Assembly: GCF_006345805.1 (NCBI RefSeq)
Contig: NC_042997.1
Coordinates: forward strand, 3,720,001 to 3,784,000
Direction: 5' to 3'
DNA: 64,000 nt
Source of the DNA: Octopus sinensis
Lineage: Eukaryota
Below the pieces are notes generated by a model. The model did not search any database. It was not told where the DNA came from and was given only the letters and a program-made list of their open reading frames with translations. The translations under genes and the position numbers were made by a program. Below are positions 13,278 to 24,949 of this stretch, in pieces. Each line of letters starts with the position of its first letter. Position 1 is the first letter of the stretch.

Positions 13278-13451
13278 TATAAAATATTATTAGAGACAAA
13301 ACCACTATTTTGCAAAACAAACAAGGAAAGACTTAATCAATACATAAAATTTTAATAAATAGTCAACTATTTATTAAAATTTTATGTATTGATTAAGTCT
13401 TTCCTTGTTTGTTTTGCAAAATAGTGGTTTTGTCTCTAATAATATTTTATA
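13278..13451. repeat. Perfect palindrome, 85-bp arms with 4-nt loop (TCAA); module A copy 1
   Basis: 13278-13362 is the exact reverse complement of 13367-13451; followed by an ~85-bp non-palindromic tail and embedded in (TA)n. Confidence 0.95.
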
Positions 13452-13529
13452 ATATTTTACTATAAAATTGGATTTAATCCTAATTCTGATTTTTTCCCTG
13501 TAAATTTGGATTTGTTCCCTAATATTTAT

Positions 13530-13565
<36 letters not shown>

Positions 13566-13582
13566 ATATATATATATATATA

Positions 13583-13627
<45 letters not shown>

Positions 13628-13639
13628 ATATATATATAT

Positions 13640-13928
13640 ATACATGTGTGTATGTGTATGTGTACATGTATACATCTATACATGCCTGTACACATGTATG
13701 CATATCTCTTTTACTCTTTTACTTGTTTCAATCTTTTGACTGTGGCCATGCTGCAACACCGCCTTTAGTCAACAAATAGAACCCAAGACTCATTCGGTGG
13801 AAGCCTAGTATTTATTCTACTGGTCTATTTTGCCGAACCGCTAAGTTTCGAGGACATAAACACACCAGCATCGGTTGTCAAGCGATGTTGGGGGGACAAA
13901 CAGAGGCACACATACATACACACACACA

Positions 13929-13966
<38 letters not shown>

Positions 13967-15975
13967 AATAAAATAGAACATATGCATATATATAAACATA
14001 TATGTACGTATATATATATATATTATATATATATATATAATATATTATATATATTATATATATATATATAATATATATATATATATCTATATATATATAT
14101 ATATATACATGTGTGTATGTGTATGTGTACATGTATACATCTATACATGCCTGTACACATGTATGCATATCTCTTTTACTCTTTTGCTTGTTTCAATCTT
14201 TTGACTGTGGCCATGCTGCAACACCGCCTTTAGTCAACAAATAGAACCCAAGACTCATTCGGTGGAAGCCTAGTATTTATTCTACTGGTCTATTTTGCCG
14301 AACCGCTAAGTTTCGAGGACATAAACACACCAGCATCGGTTGTCAAGCGATGTTGGGGGGACAAACAGAGGCACACATACATACACACACACACGCATAT
14401 ATATATATATACATGTGTGTATGTGTATGTGTACATGTATACATCTATACATGCCTGTACACATGTATGCATATCTCTTTTACTCTTTTGCTTGTTTCAA
14501 TCTTTTGACTGTGGCCATGCTGCAACACCGCCTTTAGTCAACAAATAGAACCCAAGACTCATTCGGTGGAAGCCTAGTATTTATTCTACTGGTCTATTTT
14601 GCCGAACCGCTAAGTTTCGAGGACATAAACACACCAGCATCGGTTGTCAAGCGATGTTGGGGGGACAAACAGAGGCACACATACATACACACACACACGC
14701 ATATATATATATATATACATGTGTGTATGTGTATGTGTACATGTATACATCTATACATGCCTGTACACATGTATGCATATCTCTTTTACTCTTTTGCTTG
14801 TTTCAATCTTTTGACTGTGGCCATGCTGCAACACCGCCTTTAGTCAACAAATAGAACCCAAGACTCATTCGGTGGAAGCCTAGTATTTATTCTACTGGTC
14901 TATTTTGCCGAACCGCTAAGTTTCGAGGACATAAACACACCAGCATCGGTTGTCAAGCGATGTTGGGGGGACAAACAGAGGCACACATACATACACACAC
15001 ACACGCATATATATATATATACATGTGTGTATGTGTATGTGTACATGTATACATCTATACATGCCTGTACACATGTATGCATATCTCTTTTACTCTTTTG
15101 CTTGTTTCAATCTTTTGACTGTGGCCATGCTGCAACACCGCCTTTAGTCAACAAATAGAACCCAAGACTCATTCGGTGGAAGCCTAGTATTTATTCTACT
15201 GGTCTATTTTGCCGAACCGCTAAGTTTCGAGGACGTAAACACACCAGCATCGGTTGTCAAGCGATGTTGGGGGGACAAACAGAGGCACACATACATACAC
15301 ACACACACGCATATATATATATATATCTATATATATATATATTTATATGTATGTATATATATATATATACATGTGTGTATGTGTATGTGTACATGTATAC
15401 ATCTATACATGCCTGTACACATGTATGCATATCTCTTTTACTCTTTTGCTTGTTTCAATCTTTTGACTGTGGCCATGCTGCAACACCGCCTTTAGTCAAC
15501 AAATAGAACCCAAGACTCATTCGGTGGAAGCCTAGTATTTATTCTACTGGTCTATTTTGCCGAACCGCTAAGTTTCGAGGACGTAAACACACCAGCATCG
15601 GTTGTCAAGCGATGTTGGGGGGACAAACAGAGGCACACATACATACACACACACACGCATATATATATATATACATGTGTGTATGTGTATGTGTACATGT
15701 ATACATCTATACATGCCTGTACACATGTATGCATATCTCTTTTACTCTTTTGCTTGTTTCAATCTTTTGACTGTGGCCATGCTGCAACACCGCCTTTAGT
15801 CAACAAATAGAACCCAAGACTCATTCGGTGGAAGCCTAGTATTTATTCTACTGGTCTATTTTGCCGAACCGCTAAGTTTCGAGGACATAAACACACCAGC
15901 ATCGGTTGTCAAGCGATGTTGGGGGGACAAACAGAGGCACACATACATACACACACACACGCATATATATATATA
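13640..15975 (-). repeat. Tandem array of 7 copies of a SINE family B 3' fragment plus (CA/TA)n, unit ~304-306 bp
   Basis: Marker gtggccatgctgcaacaccgcc at ~13742, 14207, 14511, 14817, 15121, 15469, 15773; units nearly identical; homologous to dispersed SINE copies at ~58420 and ~63150-63330. Confidence 0.92.
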
Positions 15976-15976
15976 T

Positions 15977-16937
15977 AAAATATTATTAGAGACAAAACCA
16001 CTATTTTGCAAAACAAACAAGGAAAGACTTAATCAATACATAAAATTTAATAAATAGTCAACTATTTATTAAAATTTTATGTATTGATTAAGTCTTTCCT
16101 TGTTTGTTTTGCAAAATAGTGGTTTTGTCTCTAATAATATTTTATAATATTTTACTATAAAATTGGATTTAATCCTAAATCTGATTTTTTCCCTGTAAAT
16201 TTGGATTTATTCCCTAATATTTATTATATATATATATAAATATATAAATATATAAATATATAAATATATAATATATATATATATATATAAAATATTATTA
16301 GAGACAAAACCACTATTTTGCAAAACAAACAAGGAAAGACTTAATCAATACATAAAATTTAATAAATAGTCAACTATTTATTAAAATTTTATGTATTGAT
16401 TAAGTCTTTCCTTGTTTGTTTTGCAAAATAGTGGTTTTGTCTCTAATAATATTTTATAATATTTTACTATAAAATTGGATTTAATCCTAAATCTGATTTT
16501 TTCCCTGTAAATTTGGATTTGTTCCCTAATATTTATTATTATATATATATATATCTATATATATATATATTTATATGTATGTATATATATATATATGTTA
16601 ATAAAATAGAACATATGCATATATATAAACATATACGTACGTATATATATATATATATATATTTATATGTATGTATATATATATATATAAAATATTATTA
16701 GAGACAAAACCACTATTTTGCAAAACAAACAAGGAAAGACTTAATCAATACATAAAATTTAATAAATAGTCAACTATTTATTAAAATTTTATGTATTGAT
16801 TAAGTCTTTCCTTGTTTGTTTTGCAAAATAGTGGTTTTGTCTCTAATAATATTTTATAATATTTTACTATAAAATTGGATTTAATCCTAATCTGATTTTT
16901 TCCCTGTAAATTTGGATTTATTCCCTAATATTTATTA
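15977..16937. repeat. Three further copies of palindrome module A (starts ~15977, 16289, 16689) separated by (TA)n
   Basis: Same arms and TCAA loop; these three share a 1-nt shorter left arm; tail variants differ among copies. Confidence 0.92.
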
Positions 16938-17011
16938 TATATATATATATGTTAATAAAATAGAACATATGCATATATATAAACATATACGTACGTATAT
17001 ATATATATATA

Positions 17012-17265
17012 TATTGCCTTCCAGGGGCTGGTTGGCAAATTCACGGGCCACTTCTGGGGAGTCAAACAGCAACCACATGGTGGCGTATTTAACTCCCCGA
17101 GCGATAAACTTAATCGCTGGCTTAAATTCGGCCAGTTCTTTTTCGTTTATATCCTTTCTGAAAACGCCATGTCCTCAAATCCACCGTCTTACTTTCAAGT
17201 TCTTTTAACCACTTGTTGAGCGGTGTAATTTCCCATTCCACCATCTTTTCATTGCCATTTGCCAT
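17012..17265 (-). mobile_element. Possible retroelement ORF1/gag-like N-terminal fragment truncated by the TA array
   Basis: MANGNEKMVEWEITPLNKWLKELESK, then after a frameshift VFRKDINEKELAEFKPAIKFIARGVKYATMWLLFDSPEVAREFANQPLEGN; coding-like composition; family not established. Confidence 0.3.
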
Positions 17266-17819
17266 GTTTTTATTTTTAAAGAGTCCAAAAATACAGTTGT
17301 TAAAATATAAAATAATTAAGGAAAATAAAGAAAGAGGAAAATAGTCCAAACAAAAGGAAGAAGAGAAAAAATAAACAGTTCACTAAAAGAGATTTTTTTA
17401 ATAAAAGACAGATGAAGAGAGAGCAACAATTCAAAATACAGCAAAAGCCACTCGATAGTCCAGGCCAAAACTTTGTAAAACAGTTAAAAAATCATTCCAA
17501 TTTTCTTCTAGGTTTCTCCTTGACAGGAACAATATTGTTGAAACACTAATTTCAAACAAAATGTTTTGCCAGGATAATTTTCACAATACAAATTTTAAAA
17601 CAATTTCACTCAGCTTCATGCAGACTAGAGTTTAGTGAGGACTTCTTGTTTGTAAAAATAATTGCGACATACAACAGGCCGTCACTAGACATTTAAAAAA
17701 AATTTTAGCTCTGAATCCGTGTGTTATAAAATCTTACTTCGGAGACATTTGACAGGGCAATGTTGATAGGTGAATAACCTTAAAAATATTAATTACTTTC
17801 GAAAAATATTGCAATAACA

Positions 17820-17905
17820 TTTGCGTACTGGGGCCGATGTAATAGACTGGCCTTCTCTTCAAAATTTTTGAGCCTTGTGCCTAGAGTAGAAAAGAATATT
17901 TCTGC
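17820..17905 (+). mobile_element. SINE family A 3' fragment
   Basis: cgtactggggccgatgtaatagactgg...ccttgtgcctagagtagaaaagaatatt matches the 3' part of 5996-6213. Confidence 0.7.
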
Positions 17906-18596
17906 TAATATTTCTCAAAGTGACTGAGCTAACGATTGATAATAATATAACGGCAAAATCTAAGAAAGGCTTATGTTACGTAGGCAGCTGAACAACCTAA
18001 TTGAAAATAACAGCAGTAAATTTCACTTCAGTAGGAAGGTTTTTCTTTAATATGTTGATTAACAAAATTTAACAGCTGTACTAATAGTAGTAGATTTGCG
18101 AGTTGGGATTGTTAACAAAACCCAACCAATCATTTCTCTGACATGTGACATCAGCATCTTCCGTTTACATAAGCCAACTTTAATTTATTTCTACTGCATT
18201 TATTTTGGATGATGTTCCCTTCTGACAATTATTCAGTGTATTCTTTTGATAGTTTCAACTGGGTTTCTGTTTTATCTATTATGTTGAAGAAAAATATTTC
18301 TATAAATATTTTGTTTTACATACACTGGTTGAGATATTTCTTAAACTACATTTCGGGAAACGAATAAAATATGTATAAATGAAATTATTAAAAAAATTAT
18401 TTTAAAGTTTTCAATAAAAAGGCATAAAATATTCGGTGAGCTCCACACGAGATTTGAAAAAGAAAACTTATTTTCTCTATCGTTCATATTTATCTCATAC
18501 GATTATTTTCCCTTTTTTTTTATACTTCTGCATTTGAAAGTTAAAATTTATTTTGCGGAAAAATGATAAAGAATGAACGTATGTTATCATCCTTAC

Positions 18597-18825
18597 CTTT
18601 GACTTCAACTACAATGGTTAAGTTACGTATGTCTCATAGACGCATTAAGACATGCTTGCATTTTTTGTGTACATTTGTAAATTGGGTAATCTTTGTAATT
18701 CTGAACTGAACTATCTTTGTTATTCTTTCAATTTAGCTAGCAATTACTTCAAATTTACTATACAATTTACTTCACAAATATTATATTACGTCCATTTTTC
18801 GAATGTATGCATATCAGTAATTATT
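18597..18825 (-). pseudogene. Possible decayed EGF-like exon with intact splice-like boundaries
   Basis: Acceptor tttctttgcAG and donor AAAG/GTAAGG; fragments YNICEVNCIVN and KCTQK(C)K(H)CLNAS; stops in all three frames. Confidence 0.35.
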
Positions 18826-19024
18826 CTGCAAAGAAATTTGCTGAGCCGACATATAGCTGGGATCAAAGGTATGCGACATCATTCATTTGTATTCAGCAGT
18901 CCTATTTCAGTACACGGTTGCAGCTGTGGTTTATCACTGAAACTAGCATCGTGTGCATCTGATCTCTAAAGCGATGATGATCAAGATGACGACGATGACG
19001 ATGTACATGCTAATGATAGTTTAA

Positions 19025-19180
19025 ACATATGGCACAGCTCAAGGAATTTCAAGGGAAGGACGAATTCAACTGGATCGATCCCGAAAGGATGAAGAACAGA
19101 GTAAATTCAGACAGAATTTAAACTTAGAACGTAATGACGGACGAAATGCCGGTAAGCATTTAGCCCGATGTGCTGTCTAT
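19025..19180 (-). mobile_element. SINE family A, degraded
   Basis: gatcccgaaaggatgaa...agaacgtaatgacggacgaaatgcc is the reverse complement of the family A core. Confidence 0.65.
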
Positions 19181-19415
19181 ACTGCAGTCTCACCACCTAA
19201 TGACAGCTACAACAACAATGGGAAGCAGAAGAAGGAGAATAAGAATAAGACGCATGATAACGACAACGACAACAACAATGATTATAACTAATTATACTAT
19301 CACTACTACTACGAATAATAATAATGATAATAACAGTAATAACAATAATAATAATAACAACAACAACAGTAAAACAACATCAATAATTAAAAAATAATAA
19401 TAATAATAATGATAA

Positions 19416-22400
19416 AAGAGAACACCGGGGACATTTAAGATGTCTATCCGAAATCTATCCACAAACATCGAAAACAACGATATCATATGGAGCCAAAAAT
19501 TTACTAACAAAGGACTGGACTATATCCGAGTAAGTAATACGCATTGAAACTTATTACTATTTTCGAAACGAAATGATGTATTTTTACTCGATATCATCTC
19601 CACCTCTAACACAACGCATGTAAATATGCGTGATGCATTATGATCCATCAACACCAGATCATCCCCGACACCAAACACCATGTACAAAAAAACTACGAAG
19701 AAATTAAATAACACCGATAGTATGCAACCCAAGAATAACAATCGGGAAGTACGTACTTTAAACTTACAACAAAAAATGTACGAAAAACTACACGTGCAAA
19801 ACAATCTGACAACGGAAATGTACGGACCGGTACCCTACGAAAATGACGACCGTCAAAATAATGGGCCTGACGTTGTTCCTCATGTCCCGGAAATAAAAAC
19901 TAATCGACATAAATGGACACGTGAGGAATACATTTCTATCCTACACGCTTACTTCACAGCAGTGCTCTACCCAAAAAATGAAAACACAACAACACATACA
20001 TATAAAATATGGAAGGAAAATAGCATAAATATAGAATTGGATACAGCAATGAAACCTAATAAACTAGCTAACGTACGAAGATAATTTCTCAAAGCAAAAC
20101 AATTATCAGAAATAGAAATAGAACATCTAAAAGTAAATATACATCAGGAAAATGTAGATAGAAGCCACACAACAATGCCAAATAATACACAAAATGAAAT
20201 AGTAAAACACGAAGACAAACGTAACGTTTCCAACAAACGCGATGTAAACAAAAAAACAACAAACCCAGACAGTAAGGATGCATAATAATACACGACAAAC
20301 AGCAAGCCAAAACACGACAAACACACGTACAAATGAGAATGAAAGCGACACAAATCTAAAACCTGGAAACAACGAAGGGGAGCCTAATGATTATGATAAT
20401 ATACAAAACAGAATAATCAAAGAACTGAAAACCACATAGCTCAAAATGGACCACCGACCATACTTCCCAAAAATCAAAATAGACGAAACAACAACACCAA
20501 TTATAAACAGCATAAAGATAGCCGTCACGTAACTAATAGCCACTGAAACAAAAAAGCGATATCACTGAGCTAACTGCCTTAGTATACGCAGCAGCCACCC
20601 CAGCAACAAAAGAAGCTGGATGCTCACTCAAACCCATCCAATCAGGGGTACCACCACCCAAACAAACCCTGTGGATAAATAACATCCAAAACAAAATTAA
20701 AAAAATGAGAAAAGATTTTTCGATTCTTAATGAAATCAGTAGACAATCAACGCTACTGAGCAACAAAAGGAAAACAAAAATACTCCTCAAATACATTTTC
20801 ACAGAAAAAGATTTACCTGAGATAAAAGAAAAGCTAAAGCAAGATATCCTTGCCAAAGCAAAAAGGATCCGCCGGTACGAGAAACGGCAGCGCTTCTTTG
20901 AACAAAACAAAAAGTTCAACTCCAACCCCAAAAAGTTCTACCAAGAACTTGGCAGAAATAAAATACAAAACCACTGCAGCACCAACGGCATAAGTGGAAG
21001 AATTCTGGGGAGAAATATGGTCGGCGAAAGAACAACCAAAAGAAAGAGTAGTAAAACAACAAACAGCATCTGAGCAACTTTGGAGCCCCGTAACAACTGA
21101 AGAGATCCCCCAGGCATTGGAAAGACTAAGCAACTGGAAGGCACCTGGGCATGACAAGATCCCCAACTTCTGGTTGAAATATCTAACAGGAATGCACAAA
21201 AAGCTAGCTGAAAACTTTAGAAACATACTAGCAGAGCCAGAGACAATGCATGAATGGCTCACGAAGGGGAAAACCATCTTACTTCCCAAATGAATGAGAC
21301 AGCAAAACCATAACCCTGGTGACCTATAACCTATTTCCCTACAACGTACAAGGCATTTACTGCAGTGATATCGCAAAGGTTGAAAAAGCACCCGGACGAA
21401 AACAAACTGATTCCAGAAGAGCAGAAAGGATGCCGCAAAGGCTCATATGACTGTAAAGATTAATTAATGATTAATAAAGCCATAACTGAAGACAGCCACA
21501 GAAAGAAGAAAGGCCTCAGTATGGCCTGGATCGACTACAAATAGGCGTTTGATAGCATCCCCCACACATGGATCCTCGAAACACTAGCCATTAACAAAGT
21601 AGTACAAACAATTATAAAATTCATAGGACATTCTATGAATAAATGACAAACAGTGCTACAGCTCCAAACAAAATAGAGACTCATGAAAACCAAAGCCATC
21701 CCCATTAGAAGAGGAATATTCCAGGGAGACACGCTCTCCCAACATCTTCTCCGCTAGGCACTCTCACCTCTATCTTATATGCTAACTAGAACTGGATGCG
21801 GATATAAATGTACGGCAAAACGATCAGCCACCTCTTATATATGGATGACCTAAAACTATACGCTGCAAATGACAAACAGCTGGAAACACTACTAAAGACA
21901 GTTCATGGATTTATCAATGAAATAGATATGAAAATTGGATTAGAAAAATGCGTCAAAGTAACCCTGAAAAGAGGAAAACTAGTTAAGAGTAGCAACATCA
22001 CACTAGGTAAAACCAATGAAATAAAAGAATTATACCAAAGCCAAACTTAGAATTACTTAGGAAACCATGGACTAGATAAGACACAACACACACAAATGAA
22101 TGAGAAAATAAAAAAAGAATATTATAGACGAGTAACGTCAGTATTAAAAACAGAGCTCAATGCTAAAACAAGATGATAGGTATTAACACTTTAGCTGTCC
22201 CAACTATAAGTTACAGCTACAATATTCTTAACTGGACACTAAATTAACTGACCAAAATTGATAGGAAAACAAGAAAAATAATGACAGGATCTAGGATGCA
22301 TCACCCAAAATCTGACATAGAAAGACTATATATACAACGTATAGAAGGTGGTAGAGTCCTTATACAACTGGAAAACTACTATAAAATATCCACCATAGGA

Positions 22401-22720
22401 CTTCAAAAATATCTAATTCAGAAGGAAGGAAAAGTGATACAAAAACGGCAAAACACGAGCAAAAAACTGTTCTCAGTATTTAAGGAAGCTGACAAATACA
22501 AACAAGAAATAATACCGCCTAATAAATATGAAGAAGAAGAAGAAGAAGAAGAAGAAGAAGAAGAAGAGAAGAAGAAGAAGAAGAAGAAGAAGAAGAAGAA
22601 GAAGAAGAAGAAGAAGAAGAAGAAGAAGAAGAAGAAGAAGAAGAAGAAGAAGAAGAAGAAGATAAAGAAACAACAAAAGCTAGTGGAGTGAAAGCACGCT
22701 ATAAAAAGAAAACTACTGAA
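19416..22720 (+). mobile_element. R4/Dong-like LINE family A, 5'-complete, inactivated, with internal (GAA)n and an internal deletion of the CCHC/RLE region
   Basis: Starts after (TAA)n with agagaacaccgggg (same 5' end as the 49354 copy). Motifs: KWTREEY, NWKAPGHDKIPNFW, AWIDY, IFQGD, YMDDLKLY, GGRVL. Sequence jumps from 22680 to the 3'-terminal 40 bp, then (TAA)n. Confidence 0.9.
22530..22661. repeat. (GAA)n tract inside family A ORF
   Basis: Direct reading; follows aataaatat (NKY). Confidence 0.95.
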
Positions 22721-22722
22721 TG

Positions 22723-22775
<53 letters not shown>

Positions 22776-22776
<1 letters not shown>

Positions 22777-23143
22777 TTGATGTATCAATACCGGCAGATG
22801 ACAACGTGTCTCTAAAAGAAACGGAGACACTCTCAAAATACAAAGACCTGGAAATAGGGGTAACTAGAATGTGGAATCTGAAAACAGAAACAATTCCTAT
22901 CATAGTAGGTGCATTAGGCATGATAAAAAATATTCAGACAAATACGTAACAAAAACAACAGGACTTACAAACACATATAACATACAGAAAATTGCACTAC
23001 TAGGCACTGCACACATCCTACGCAGAACACTTTCCATACAATAACCATCAGAGCATCACAACAAATCAGAGCACATACCCAAGGCACACAGAGCTGCACT
23101 CAGTAGTGAAGTGAAAGCACGCTAAAAAAATAAAACTACTACT
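22776..23143 (+). mobile_element. Family A LINE 3' fragment in tandem
   Basis: IDVSIPADDNVSLKETETLSKYKDLEI..ALLGTAHILRRTL plus 3' UTR ending gtgaaagcacgct..aaaactact; (TAA)n on both sides. Confidence 0.9.
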
Positions 23144-23164
23144 ACTAATAATAATAATAATAAT

Positions 23165-24898
23165 AAGCCATCTATTTTATATGGATGACTTAAAACTTTA
23201 TGGTAAAGACAATAATGAACTTGAAGGCCTATTGCGCACCGTGAAAGCATTCAGCGATGACATCGGGATGGAGTTTGGACTTGAGAAGTGTGCCAAGGCC
23301 ACTTTCCAGAAAGGGAAAGTGTAGAACACAAATTCAGTCGTGTTAGATGTTGACACAGTCATAAGAGAGCTTGAGCAAGAACAAACATACAAATATTTAG
23401 GGATAAATGAAGGCTCTGGTATTCAGCATGCAAGCATGAAAGAGAAAATCAGGAAGGAATGTTATAGGAGAGTTCGTGCAGTCCTGAAATCTGAACTAAA
23501 TGCACGTAACAAGGTGTTAGCTATAAATTCCTTAGCAGTTCCAGTTGTTACTTATAGCTACAATGTGTTGATCTGGAATATGAGTGAAGTAAAGAATATA
23601 GATAGAAAAATACGCAAGCTGCTGAGTTGTAATAGGATGCACCACCCAAAGGCAGATGTAGATCGCCTTTACCTTCCCAGAGCCCAAGGAGGTCGAGGCC
23701 TGATCCAATTTGAACTAGCTTACAAAACAACCACAATTGGAATGGCCAAATATCTCGAAATATCGAATGACTGGATGCTAAAGCTCGTGGAAAATCACGA
23801 GAGACGAAAGAAGCTTCATTCTATCATAAAGTAAAGCAAAAAATTTTCTATTGATCTCGTGCAGGATACCCAAACTGAACAATCGGAGGGATGTACGGCA
23901 ACTATTGTTGCAAAGAAGGTGAAAATGATGGCAGTGAAGAAAGCGCACGAGCAATTGGCTGATAGGTGGGAGGAGAAACCTCTGCACCGCAAATATGTGA
24001 CCCGCAGCAAACAAGCTGATGTTGACCAGAAGCAAACCCATCAGTGGCTACGGAGCTCAGGGCTAAAAGCAGAGAGCGAAGGTTTCATCCTGGCTGCTCA
24101 AGATCAAAGCCTATTAACCCGGAACTACCAGGCCAATGTGATGAAAAATGGAGCAGACCCAAAATGCCGATTCTGCAACGACATGATTGAAACAGTGGAC
24201 CACCTAATTTCTGGATGTAAAGTCTTAGCTCCAGTGGAATATAAATTAAGATATGACAGAGTTGGCCAATATCTCCACTGGCTAATAAGTCGGCATTACA
24301 ATATCAAAACTGCCGACAAGTGGTATAATCACCACCCTGAGGCTGTAACTGAAGGAGAAAATGTAACCATTCAGTGGGACTTTCCAGTACATACAGACCG
24401 AACCATCAAGGCCAATAAACCAGATATTGTTGTGAAAGACCAAAACAATAAAGTTTGCTTATTGATCGACATGAGCATCCCCTGTGATCATAATATCTCA
24501 GCGAAAGAGTTTGACAAGCTCAGAAAATATAAAGACCTACTCATTGAAATTGAGAAAATGTGGCATCTCAAGGCGGTTACAATACCAGTGATCGTAGGAG
24601 CACTAGGAATGATCAATAAGGGAACCGAAAATTATATGAGAATGATCCCTGGCTTACCATCCCTGCAAGAAGTGCAAAAGATTGTCTTAACTGGTACATC
24701 ACACGTATTGAGAAGAGCATTGTCGATGTGAGAACTGTTGCTGCTCATCTATTTTAATTTAACTTAAAAAAAAAAAAATGAACGTGCTACTGAGTTTGGT
24801 TTAATGGCCTACCAATGTATACTATGAGTTTCTTTGCCCTAGGAGTCGGGAAGACACTCGGCAAGAAATAGAAGCAAATTTGAAAGAAGAAAAAAAAA

Positions 24899-24899
<1 letters not shown>
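23165..24899 (+). mobile_element. R4/Dong-like LINE family C, 5'-truncated, two in-frame nonsense codons
   Basis: YMDDLKLY at ~23181, CRFC..ETVDHLISGC, RYD, KPDIVVKD..DKLRKYKDL; ORFs 23340-23834 and 23859-24731 are in one frame; distinct 3' UTR with a gagt..actc / ttcttgcc..ggcaagaa stem-loop; (TAA)n on both sides. Confidence 0.92.

Positions 24900-24949
<50 letters not shown>

Noticed and set aside
13640-15975. Regularly spaced repeats resembling a CRISPR array
   Set aside because: Whole ~305-bp units are repeated, with no unique spacers and no cas genes; the units are SINE fragments in eukaryotic DNA.
18652-18969. 105-aa plus-strand ORF as a real gene
   Set aside because: No motif, AT-rich codon use, and antisense to a segment with minus-strand splice signals.
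19416-19520. Possible HDV-like ribozyme at the 5' end of the full-length LINEs (known for some R2/R4 elements)
   Set aside because: Could not identify the nested double-pseudoknot pairings by eye; needs a structure-descriptor search.
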